A stretch of DNA of 64,000 nucleotides from positions 434,001 through 498,000 of the forward strand of contig CP060765.1 in assembly GCA_023205875.1 (NCBI GenBank), written 5' to 3'. The translations under genes were made by a program, and so were the position numbers. This document shows, one piece after another, positions 22,491 through 32,521 of this stretch (position 1 is the stretch's first letter; each line of letters opens with the position of its first letter). The stretch is from Chloropicon primus. Its lineage: Eukaryota. Below the pieces are notes generated by a model. That model was not told the DNA's origin and did no database searches. It saw only the letters and a program-made list of their open reading frames with translations.

Positions 22491-24449
22491 ATGGCGCTGG
22501 CGTGGTTGAGGTTGGTGGCGAGGGAGGGGGGGAAGGGGATGGACTCGTTGTCAAGGATGGAAGGCATCGCGGGGACGGTGAACTACGCCAAGGCGTTCTC
22601 CTCTTCCGCAGACGACCGAGGAGCTGAGGAGGTGCGTTGGCGCTTCGCCCCCTGAAGGGGGAGTGCGCGAGTCTCGCGAGAGACCCTTTGGACTGCGACT
22701 ACGCGAAGGGGCTGGGTTGGGTTTTGCTCTTCTCTCCTCCATTCTCTCTGTCTCTCTCTGTCTCTGTCTCTCTCTCCCTCAGTTCTCATTGACTGACGCC
22801 TCCTCGCTTTGCCGTCTTCTTCTTCGCAGGAGCACGAGGAGATCCACCAGGTCCCCTGGGTGCGGAGCGTTATGACGGGCAACGAGCTCATAAGGAACAC
22901 GAGGTACAACAAGGGGATGGCTTTCACCAAGGAGGAGAGGGCGCGGCTCCACTTGCAGGGGCTTCTGCCTTCCGCGGTCCTGTCCCAGGAGCTTCAGGTG
23001 GAGAGGGCCATGATCAACATCAGGAGCATGGAGAACGACCTGCAGCGGTACACGTACTTGACTTCCCTGCAGGAGAGGAACGAGAGGTTGTTTTACAGGG
23101 TTCTCACGGACCACATCGAGGAGCTCGCGCCGATCATCCACGTTCCCACCGTCGGCCTGGCGTGCCAAAAGTACGGGATCATGTTCAGGAGCTTGCAGAG
23201 GGGGCTGTGGATTTCCCTGGCGGACAAGGGGAACATCGGGAGAATCTTGAGGAATTGGCCCGAGACCCGGGTGGACCTGGTCGTGCTGACGGACGGCGAG
23301 AGGGTTCTCGGGTTCGGGGACTTGGGTGTTCACGGGATGGGCGTCTGCGTGAGCAAGATCGCGATGTACACGGCCTGCGGAGGGCTGCACCCCCAGAGGT
23401 GCCTCCCCATCTGCATTGACGTGGGCACGAACAACCGGGAGCTCTTGGACTCCCAGTTTTACGTGGGTTACAAGCACACGAGAATCGGGGGCGAGGACTA
23501 CAACGAGCTCATCGAGGAGACCATCAGCGAGATCCACCAGAGGTTCGGTCACAAGACCTTCATTCAGTTCGAGGACTTCTCGTTCGCCAACAGCGCGAGG
23601 TTCCTCAGGGAGTACCGGGCCGACGCCCCGGTCTACGACGACGACATTCAGGGCACGGCGGTGGTCTCCCTCGCCTCCCTGATCTCCTCGATGAAGATGT
23701 CGGGGGAGAGCTACGAGGACCACAAGTTCCTGTTCGTGGGGGCGGAAGAGACGGGTTTGCACATCGCGGACCTCCTCGTGGAGTTCATGACCAAGGAGAC
23801 GGGAGTGTCCGTCACGCAGGCCAGGCAGCAAATGTGGTTCATGGACGAGGAGGGGCTGGTGGTCCGTTACAGGGCGGACGACCTCGAGGACGCGAAGATT
23901 CCTTACGCCCACGAGCACGATGAGTGCTCGAACCTCTCCGAAGTGATCGACCTCATCAAGCCCACGGCCATTGTCGGGACTCCCACTTCCTACGACTCAA
24001 AGGGCCTCTTCGGGGAGCCGATCTTGAAGAAGCTCGCCGAATACAACGACAAGCCTATCGTTCTGGCCCTCTCGACCCCCGCCGAGTGCACCGAGGACGA
24101 GGCCCGCGAGTACACCGGGGGGAGGGGCGTGTACGTCGGCGCAGACTTGGCGAACACCGCGTACCTCTTCCCTGGCCTGGCCTTGGGAGCGACGTACTGC
24201 GGGGCCACGAAGATCCACCAGGAGATGCTACTCGAGTCCGCAAAGGTGCTGGCGAACCTGGGCGCGGAGGCGGGGGAAGTCTTGCCCCCGTTCGCGAGAA
24301 TCAGGAAAATTTCGTGCAAGATCGCCAAGAAGGTGGCGGCCATCGCTTACGACCTGGGACTCGCCACGAGGCTGCCCAAGCCCGTCAACTTGCACCAAGA
24401 GATAAAGAGGCACCAGTTCCGGTCTCACTACACAAAGTATTGCAACTAA
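22491..24449 (+). CDS. Malic enzyme family protein (divergent), exons 22491-22631 and 22830-24449
   Basis: YNKGMAFTKEER..LQGLLP, LQERNERLFY, TDGERVLGFGDLG, CIDVGTNN, IQFEDF, DDIQGT, AYLFPGLALG. The N-terminal exon looks like an organellar presequence. Confidence 0.92.
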
Positions 24450-24493
24450 CTCATTTAATCTTAATCGCTTTGTCGTGCCTCGCCCCCCCCCTC

Positions 24494-25207
24494 TCAGGTG
24501 CTGGTGCTGGTTTGCCTCAGGCTCTGCCTGACTTCCCACCGCACGTTGTCTCTCCTCTTCGACGTGGGAATGACAAACTCCCTCTCTCTCGTGACAGGTT
24601 TCTTCCTTCCGGACTGCACCGCCCGTTTGGTTTTCTTGGCCGCGTCGGCGTGCTGGGCCGCAAAAAGCTTGTGGTAGTTTACAGCGGGCTTGCTCTTCTT
24701 CCCGAGTTGAGCCGCGGAACAAGTCTTCCAAGACATGCTTGTCTTCTGGTACCTCGCCACTCGATCCGTCTTCGGGGGGCCCTGGCTGCTGGGAACGGTG
24801 CGGTTTGCTGACCTAGCGGAGAGTCCTCGAGAGGGGGACAGGCTGGGCACCCCGCTGCCCTTCCGGGGGCCCGGGGAGGTCGTCGGCCTTTGGTGGGAGT
24901 ACCTGTGTACCAGCGGAGACAAGTTTTCCTTCCTGGTGCCTGCGGCTTTCTTGTAATCCACGGGACTCTTGCTCTCAGCGAAGCTCTCGTCCGCCAAGCT
25001 TTCGATCCTGTCCCTGTACACGTCCTCCTCGAAGTCCTCTTCGTACTCCTCCTCCTCAAAGGCGGACTCTCGGCTTCCCGCCTCGTCGTTTGAAACAGGC
25101 TCGACGCCCAAGTCCTTCAAGAACGCGGAGATCAGCTCCTCCGGGACATCTCGACCCATCTGCTCAAGCTGCTGCCTCACTGCCTCCACGCTCACCGCTG
25201 TCGGCAT
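24494..25207 (-). CDS. HYLS1: HYLS1-like centriole/basal body protein
   Basis: C-terminal KTDRVARYQ....W and FVIPTSKRRDNVRWEVR resemble the HYLS1 C-terminal box. Confidence 0.75.
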   Translation of the reverse strand: MPTAVSVEAVRQQLEQMGRDVPEELISAFLKDLGVEPVSNDEAGSRESAFEEEEYEEDFEEDVYRDRIESLADESFAESKSPVDYKKAAGTRKENLSPLVHRYSHQRPTTSPGPRKGSGVPSLSPSRGLSARSANRTVPSSQGPPKTDRVARYQKTSMSWKTCSAAQLGKKSKPAVNYHKLFAAQHADAAKKTKRAVQSGRKKPVTREREFVIPTSKRRDNVRWEVRQSLRQTSTST

Positions 25208-25922
25208 CTCGCAGAGTGTGTGTGTGTGTGTGTGTGTGTGCCACTATCTCCGTCTCTCCAGCCCAGGTCTGGAACCAAGGTCTGCAAGCAAAAGTTTTGG
25301 TGCCAGTTTGGAGTTTGGTTCCGAAACCGACCGCAAGGAGAATCGTAAAAAAACGAGGTCCAGGTCCCCAAGTTGCCGAAAGGGAGTCTAGCTCGACGAC
25401 GGAACTAAGCTAGACCTCGCCTCCTCGCTCGCTCTCCTTCTGTCTGTCAAACAGTTTCAAAAAACTCAAAAAATTGTCCATAGGACCAAGGGCATATTAA
25501 ATTAACGTCATATAAAGTATGTTCGTTTCAAGGAGTTACCCGTGGGACCGCGGGAGACTGGTCCCATGTGGTAAAACTACGCTGCTTTTGTTTTTGTTTT
25601 TCCGTGGTGTAACTTTTTATAACGAAAACTCTTTTGACGAGCAGGATGCTTTTTGAGTTTGGACCTCAGAGAGGGGGAGGAGGGCCCTCACACTGTGTGC
25701 CACACTGTCGAACTCAGAGGCGGTTCGGTTCGGTTTGCTTGTCTCCTTGGGTGGGGGAAGACAAGATCGTGAATCTTCGCTCTCGCTTGGCGTGAAAATC
25801 GACTCGTGGGCTTGGTCTCAGAGACTTGGCCTCTCGAGTTCAGTCGTTGAAGCACCTTTTTACTTTTGCGGCCAGAGGAAGGCCTGTTAACCCTGGCCTT
25901 GTGTCCAGAGGTTTGCCCAAAG

Positions 25923-26933
25923 ATGATAGAAGTGGAGTTTCTCACCTCGATATCGTCCAACCTTGACAAGGACAGGGAGAAGACGATAGTATGCTTCGTT
26001 CTTGCGGTGTGCTACTTCGTGGTGGCAGCCTGCGCCATAGGGCAGTTCATTAGGACTCACCGAAGGCTGAGCAAAGCTTTGACAAAGCAGAAGCTTTTCT
26101 TCACGTTCACAGCAGTCACGGCCTTGGCCCGACTCGGCCTCATGATTGCGATACCGTTCTCTGGCGAGCCGCTTCTCCTTTCCTATTACAGGAAAATCTT
26201 GCTCACGATACTGAACAACCTTCCTGGGTTGCTCTTCTTCTCCACCTACAACCTGCTTATCGCGTACTGGGCGGAGATACTGGACAGGGTGCAGAACCCA
26301 GCGGTGAGGAGGAGCACGGTGATCCATCCCTTCTTCGTGGTCGCCAACGTCCTGATTTATGTCGCCGAGATCGCCCTTTGGACGATATGGGCGACCAAGT
26401 CGGCGAACCCTTGGAGCTACAGCAACCCGTGGACGCTGTGGACGCTGAGGGCTCAGCTCCTCATGTTCGCCGTGATCTATTTCGTGGCTTCCCTTGGGTT
26501 CCTGTTCTTCGGCACCAGGCTCGTGGCCCTGCTGAGGAGGGTCGAAAACGCGAACGGGGGGCAGAGAGGAGTGTACAACAACGTGGTGAAGAGGAGGCTT
26601 AGGGAGGTCGGCGTCTTGACTGCAATCTGTACGACAAGCTTCCTCCTTAGGACCGGGATGATCGTGATGTTCTTCGTCAAGCTCGAGGAGCAAAAGCACG
26701 AGGATTGGACCCTCGGCAGGGAGGGCAACCTCATATTAGTTGTCTTCTACTACATCATCTCCGAGGTCGTCCCTTCGTGCTTGCTGCTCTACATTCTCAG
26801 GGAGCTCCCGCGAAGGCCGCAGAACAGGGCGAGCACGGGGCTTCAGAGCCCAAGCCTCCTGTCTCAGTCGAGGTTCAGCACCGCCGTGGAGGCCACGCCG
26901 CTGTTGGGCGAGAAGAGCCCCGCCATTGTGTGA
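25923..26933 (+). CDS. TOM1/TOM3/THH1 (DUF1084) family 7-TM protein
   Basis: TKQKLF, LPGLLFFSTYNLLIAYWAEI, LGFLFFGTRL, RLREVGVLTAICTTSFLLR, YYIISEVVPSCLLLYILRELP. Confidence 0.9.
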   Translation: MIEVEFLTSISSNLDKDREKTIVCFVLAVCYFVVAACAIGQFIRTHRRLSKALTKQKLFFTFTAVTALARLGLMIAIPFSGEPLLLSYYRKILLTILNNLPGLLFFSTYNLLIAYWAEILDRVQNPAVRRSTVIHPFFVVANVLIYVAEIALWTIWATKSANPWSYSNPWTLWTLRAQLLMFAVIYFVASLGFLFFGTRLVALLRRVENANGGQRGVYNNVVKRRLREVGVLTAICTTSFLLRTGMIVMFFVKLEEQKHEDWTLGREGNLILVVFYYIISEVVPSCLLLYILRELPRRPQNRASTGLQSPSLLSQSRFSTAVEATPLLGEKSPAIV

Positions 26934-27437
26934 TCCGAGGGCGACGACGTCGTCGAAGACGATTGCGGTCTTTTCCTGGCAGAATTGGCAACCGAGCCAA
27001 GCAAAGCAAAGTCAACCGACCGACGAACCAACTCTATGTAGGCGGTTCCTTGTATGAATAACAATCATTAGTTTTCACATATAGCAAAGCAATGGCATCG
27101 ATCCACGCGTCGTCGTCGTCCTCGTCGCAGTGAGGAAAGGCCGCGAGCTCGGGACTCGGCACTTGCTGTCCCTCCACCTGCCTTGTCCCTCGATACTGGA
27201 GAAAGGAATCCATCCATTTCACTGGACTAAACGGATCAGAGGCTTGGTGGTGGTGGCACCAAAGAGAGGCCGAGGGGAAGAGACAACGACCCCGCCCTGC
27301 CAGGAGGGTTCTCGTCCTCGTTCCACATTGCAATTGCCCTCTCTCCTCCTCCTCCTCTCCTCCTGTCCTTTCAAGAGTTCGTGGCTCATCTTTAACGAGA
27401 GATCTCGCGCTTATCCAGAAGGTCGAGACGGGGAGAA

Positions 27438-27500
<63 letters not shown>

Positions 27501-27501
27501 A

Positions 27502-28200
27502 ATGAAGGGAACGGTGGGAAGGACCAAGATCTCGTGCGTGACCCTGGGCCACGGCGCGGTGGTTTGCAGACGGGCGGGTGTGGAGCAGCACTCGGCGGGG
27601 AGGAGCAGGGGTGGGGGTGTCATCACCCGAGCGGCTGCTGGGAGCAGGGAGGACCTGAGCTCTGAGGGAGTGGTCAAGGCGACGAGGAGGGGAGCCCTCT
27701 CCGCTGGGGTGGGCCTCCTGTCGGCCGCGATATTCCCGTCGACCGCGTTTGCTCTCCTTCCGGACGACGACGACGAGGAGCTCATCAGGAGGGCCAAGGA
27801 AAAGAGGAAGACCAAGCTGAAGGAGGAGCTCGCCACGGAAAGGAACTTCGTTGGGCTGTCGAAGCCGACCGAGGACGAGATCAAAACCGTCCAGCTTGCC
27901 GTCGCCAAGATGGTGAAGACGGGCTCGCTCCTCGAGGAGGGCAATCTCGACGCGGCTGCCAACGTGATTGGCACGAGCAGCACGCCCTGGGCCACGCAGC
28001 TCACCTCCCTCGCCAGGAGGAAGTCCGCTGGAAAGGCGGAAGAGCCCGCGGGCATGATGCTCTCGTCCCTCAGCGTGCTCCAACAGAGCGTGATGAACGG
28101 GGACGACAGGAAAGCCCGATCTTCCTTCGCGGCCACCGCTTCCGCGATGCAGGAGTTTGTGGACGCCGTGGGCATGACCGGATCCATCAAGGGCCTGTAA
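27502..28200 (+). CDS. Thylakoid lumen 16.5 kDa protein (MPH2-like) with a twin-arginine signal
   Basis: Transit peptide followed by TRRGAL..hydrophobic..AFA. The mature start LLPDDDDEELIRRAKEKRK and G..LEEGNLDAAANVIG resemble the plant TL16.5/MPH2 family. Confidence 0.75.
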   Translation: MKGTVGRTKISCVTLGHGAVVCRRAGVEQHSAGRSRGGGVITRAAAGSREDLSSEGVVKATRRGALSAGVGLLSAAIFPSTAFALLPDDDDEELIRRAKEKRKTKLKEELATERNFVGLSKPTEDEIKTVQLAVAKMVKTGSLLEEGNLDAAANVIGTSSTPWATQLTSLARRKSAGKAEEPAGMMLSSLSVLQQSVMNGDDRKARSSFAATASAMQEFVDAVGMTGSIKGL

Positions 28201-28937
28201 GCACCGAAACAACCCATCTTGTAATTCAGCGATAATAAACCCCATTCCAAGTCGCTCGCCCGTTCCACTCGTCGTCTCGCGGACGCGGCTGCGGCAAAGC
28301 CACAATACCGGTGTGCGAGGCGAAGCGATGAAAACGGGCCGGGGCCACCACCGGATCGCACTTCCAGAGAACCACACGAGTCCTCCCAGGAACGATTGAG
28401 GTGCAAGCGGTGATGGACATTGTCGTCGACATTGTCGTCGTGTTCCTCCAGGCAACATTAGGCTCTGCTGGAGAGGAACTTTCATTCAGAGACAACCAAT
28501 CTTGGGGAGACGTAGTCCAAAGTCTTGAGCCCCTTCGCCATCGAGCCAGCAGCAGGATCGAGCAGAGAGCCAAGCACCTACTACACAAGCACCAATATGA
28601 AGCCAGTCACCTACTCCCCCCTCTTCGTGGGTCATGAGCCAAAGAAGTAGTCCAAAGTCTTGAGCCCCTCCGCCATCGAGCCAGATCTGGATGATGCTAG
28701 AAAAACGAGGGGCTCACATTGATTGTAGCCCAGGCAGAGAGAAGAGGGAGGGAGGGAGAAGAGCGCAGAGGCTTTCGAGCGGCCGCGTGGAAGACCAAGG
28801 CAGGGGAGAGTCTCCCAATCGATTTCTACGTCTCGAAAGCTTTCCATTGGTGCCCATTTCGGTCGAAGGGTTTGGCTTCTTGCTCGTCGAAGGGTTTAGG
28901 GATTGGTCGCTCGAGCAGGTGGAGAGGTGGAACCAAG

Positions 28938-31900
28938 ATGATGATGAAGTTGGGTCACGTGCCTCGGAGGTCGGTGTGCTGCGTGTCGGGAGCATCGACG
29001 TCGTCCTCGCCCCGCGAGCCGCGAGCCTTCGCCCCGACCTCGAGGGCGAGGAGGCGAAGAGAGACGCCGCGCGAGGTGCGTGCGAACTCGTCTTCGGTGG
29101 TGCTCGAGTCCGAACCGGTGGAGCCGGAGAGGACGAGGTTGTCGGGAAGGGTTTCGCGGGAGGAGCTGGAGGGCCAGATCCGGGAGGCGCAGACCGAGCT
29201 GAAGGTGCTCTTCGAGCAGAAGCCGCCGCCCAAAGCGAGCGTGGTTGCGGAGCACAGGAACAAGCTCTCGTCGCTGGAGACCAGGCTCCGGGAGTTGGAC
29301 ACGCAGATTGTGGAGGAGGCCAAGGTGAAGGAGCTGAAGCAGCTGCAGAGGGAGCAACAAGCGCTGCAGAAGGCGGTGATATCGAGCAGCATGAAGAGCT
29401 CGCAGGGAGGGAGCAAGCTCGAGGCCGGCGATGTGGCGAAGATGGCAACCGCGGTGGAGGAGGAGAACGCGGCGCTCCGCGAGATCCTCGCGATTCGAAG
29501 GGAGGAAGCGGCGAGGAGGCAGGAGACCACGCAGATGGAGTGCTTGGAGCTCGAGAACAAAAGGCTGCACGGGCAGCTCGAGGCCATGCTGTCGAGGGAG
29601 AAGGCTCTGCTGGAGCTCAGGCACCAGCACAACCAGACCTCAGTCATCGTAACGGACGAGGAAGTCTCCGAGGCGCTGAGGATGCAGGAGCAAGCAGAAA
29701 GCGAGGAGAGGGGCGTCGAGGCACCCCCTCCACGGGCTGAGGCGATCACGGTGGAGCCGGTGGTGGCCGAGGAGCAGGAGCGAGATGAGGAGGAGCAGGA
29801 GGAATCGGGGGGGGACGATCTCGTGAACCAGGAGCTTGTCGGCCTTGTCGCAGAGTACTCGAAATCTGGAGCGATCGCCGAAGTGATTCGCGACTTTGAG
29901 GAGAGGATGGACAGGTACGCAAAGTTTACCGAGGAGAGGATGGCCATGGTGAACGGCGACAAGGGACCGGAGAAAAATGACTTGGTCCGCGCGAGAATCT
30001 CCGAGGTTCGAGAAGCGACGATGCAAAACGTGTCGAAGGAAATGGAGGGTGACAGTCTCTTCGTCAAGCAAGCGGCAAAGCCCGGGAAGAGTGTCAAGGT
30101 CTTCTATAGGGCGAAGGCGGGGCCCCTGGCGGACTGCGAGGATCTGACCCTGCATTGGGGGTACAACGCTTGGTCCGCAAAGGGCTTCGCGGTGGAGCTC
30201 CAAGGGGATGAGAAGGAGGAGGGGTGCCACTCAGCCACTCTGGACGTTCCGGGGGACGCCCTCGTCCTCGACTTTGTTGTGGAGAGCAGCGGGAGGTACG
30301 ACAACAACTTGGGCTTGGACTACCACGTGACGGTGGAGCGGGAAGAAGGCATCGACAAGTTCTGGGAGATGCTAGTTGAGAAGGAAAGGGAGGCGGAGAG
30401 AAAGGCCGAGGAAGACAAGGTCTCGAGACTCGGGAAGAGAAAGGAGGCGAGTGATAACGAGAGGGCAGAGAAGCAAGCAAGGAAGCTCTACACGAGCTCT
30501 GCTGTTCAAGCGGGAGAAATGGCGACACTTTTCTACCACCTGTGCGAGAGCGACTCGGTGGAAGTAGGAATCTCCTTCAACAGAAGTTCTCACGCCGTCA
30601 AGCTGCCCCAGGTCCCCATGCTGCGCATCGGGGAGGGGAAGTTCGCCGTATCCTTCCTCGTTCCCGAGGACGCCTTTCTCATTGACGCCAAGTTTTACAG
30701 CCACAACACGTGCGACGACCGCAATGGGTTTGGTTACCACATCCCCGTGCAGGGCAGCTTGGTCCAGGAGTCCCCGCAGCACATCTGCCACGTCGCGGTG
30801 GAGATGGCCCCGATCGCCAAGGTTGGGGGGCTCGGAGACGTGGTGACTAGCATCGGCCGCGCCGTGCAAGACATGGGGCACCAGGTCGAGGTCGTCCTTC
30901 CCAAATACGACACGATTAACTACGACGAGATCCAAGGGTTCCACGAGATTGAGAGCTTCGAGTGGGGAGGCTGCACGAATCGCGTCTTCACCGGAATCGT
31001 GGAGAATGTCGTAGTCAACTTCATCGATCCCAGCAACGGGATGTTCTCCATCGGGATGATCTACGGTGCGGACTACGAGCCGATCCCCATGATGGACTCG
31101 GAGAGGTTCGGGTTCTTCTCCAAAGCTGCCCTGGAGTTCCTGCTTCAGTCCGGACGGCAGCCTGACATCGTTCACTGCCACGATTGGAGCACGGGCCTCA
31201 CCGCGAAGAGCTACTGGGACGACTACCACAACTTTGGTCTGTCGACGCCAAAAATAGTCTTCACAATCCACAACTTTGGGTACGGCGAGGCGGAGATCGG
31301 CGCGGCAGCGATGTTTTCCCAAAAGTTCACCACGGTGAGCCCAAGCTACGCGGACGAGATCAGGCACGAGCACTGCATCGCCCCCTACTCGGACAAGTTC
31401 GTGGGGATCCTCAACGGCATAGACCCTGCCATGTGGGATCCCATGGACGACGAGTTTCTCCCCATCCCTTACTCGGAGGACAATGCCGCGGAGGGAAAAG
31501 CCAGGGCGAAGGCGGCCTTGAGGGAGCGGGTCGGGCTGAGGAACGACGATGTTCCCGTGGTTGGCATCGTGAGCAGACTGACGCAGCAGAAGGGCGTCCA
31601 CCTGATGGAGCACGCCATCTGGACTGCCCTGGAGAGGGGCTGCCAGTGCGTCGTGCTGGGCTCGGCGTTCGACCCCGAGATGCAACGGCACTGGGACCAG
31701 CTGGAGCTCAGCCTGAGGCACCAGTACCACGACGCCGCCAAACTCATTTTTGCCTACGACGAGCCCCTGAGCCACCTGATCTACGCCGGGTGCGACATGA
31801 TTTTGGTGCCCTCCATGTTCGAGCCCTGCGGCTTGACTCAGATGATCGCGATGCGGTACGGAGCCGTGCCCGTGGTGAGGCAGACTGGAGGCCTGAGGGA

Positions 31901-32153
31901 CACGGTGTTCGACGTGGACCACGACAGGGAGAGGGCGGACAGGGAGAAGGGAATCGAGCCAAACGGTTTCACCTTCGAGGGCATGGACACGCCGGGAATG
32001 GACTACGCCCTGAACCGCGCCATAGACTGCTGGTACAGCGACAGGGAGTTCTTCCACCAGCTCCAGAGCAGGGTGATGGCCCAGGACTGGAGTTGGAACG
32101 AGCCAGCGCTCGAGTACCTCGACTTGTATTACGCGGCCAAGAACATGAAGTGA
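28938..32153 (+). CDS. SS3: Soluble starch synthase III (coiled coil, CBM53-type starch-binding domains, GT5)
   Basis: HVAVEMAPIAKVGGLGDVVTS, HCHDWS, FTIHN, GILNGID, RLTQQKG, PSMFEPCGLTQMIAMRYG, TGGLRDTV. CBM53-like YDNNLGLDYH and DDRNGFGYH. Confidence 0.95.
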   Translation: MMMKLGHVPRRSVCCVSGASTSSSPREPRAFAPTSRARRRRETPREVRANSSSVVLESEPVEPERTRLSGRVSREELEGQIREAQTELKVLFEQKPPPKASVVAEHRNKLSSLETRLRELDTQIVEEAKVKELKQLQREQQALQKAVISSSMKSSQGGSKLEAGDVAKMATAVEEENAALREILAIRREEAARRQETTQMECLELENKRLHGQLEAMLSREKALLELRHQHNQTSVIVTDEEVSEALRMQEQAESEERGVEAPPPRAEAITVEPVVAEEQERDEEEQEESGGDDLVNQELVGLVAEYSKSGAIAEVIRDFEERMDRYAKFTEERMAMVNGDKGPEKNDLVRARISEVREATMQNVSKEMEGDSLFVKQAAKPGKSVKVFYRAKAGPLADCEDLTLHWGYNAWSAKGFAVELQGDEKEEGCHSATLDVPGDALVLDFVVESSGRYDNNLGLDYHVTVEREEGIDKFWEMLVEKEREAERKAEEDKVSRLGKRKEASDNERAEKQARKLYTSSAVQAGEMATLFYHLCESDSVEVGISFNRSSHAVKLPQVPMLRIGEGKFAVSFLVPEDAFLIDAKFYSHNTCDDRNGFGYHIPVQGSLVQESPQHICHVAVEMAPIAKVGGLGDVVTSIGRAVQDMGHQVEVVLPKYDTINYDEIQGFHEIESFEWGGCTNRVFTGIVENVVVNFIDPSNGMFSIGMIYGADYEPIPMMDSERFGFFSKAALEFLLQSGRQPDIVHCHDWSTGLTAKSYWDDYHNFGLSTPKIVFTIHNFGYGEAEIGAAAMFSQKFTTVSPSYADEIRHEHCIAPYSDKFVGILNGIDPAMWDPMDDEFLPIPYSEDNAAEGKARAKAALRERVGLRNDDVPVVGIVSRLTQQKGVHLMEHAIWTALERGCQCVVLGSAFDPEMQRHWDQLELSLRHQYHDAAKLIFAYDEPLSHLIYAGCDMILVPSMFEPCGLTQMIAMRYGAVPVVRQTGGLRDTVFDVDHDRERADREKGIEPNGFTFEGMDTPGMDYALNRAIDCWYSDREFFHQLQSRVMAQDWSWNEPALEYLDLYYAAKNMK

Positions 32154-32315
32154 AGTGAATCCAGTCAAGATCAAGATAAAGGTCGTAACGGCCCCAGGGG
32201 TCACATGTTCACAATGTTCACAATGTTCCGCCTTTGGGAATTTTGTTTGAAGTTTCCCGCCAAAATTTTTTTCTTCTTTGATCAAGGCGAAGACCGGCCA
32301 GGGCTTCGTCGAGTC

Positions 32316-32318
<3 letters not shown>

Positions 32319-32371
<53 letters not shown>

Positions 32372-32390
32372 GAGAGAGAGAGAGGGAGAG
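32319..32390. repeat. (AG)n microsatellite
   Basis: Directly visible between SS3 and the CBM20 gene. Confidence 0.9.
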
Positions 32391-32521
32391 TCTATTCCTT
32401 CTTCCATTCCTCTTCTTCTTCTTCTTCTTCTTGTTGCAATCTTCCAAACGACCCGCGGAGGAGTTTGTTTCGTTTCGATTCGTTTCGATTCGAGTTGAAG
32501 TGTGTGTGTGTCGAGTCGATC

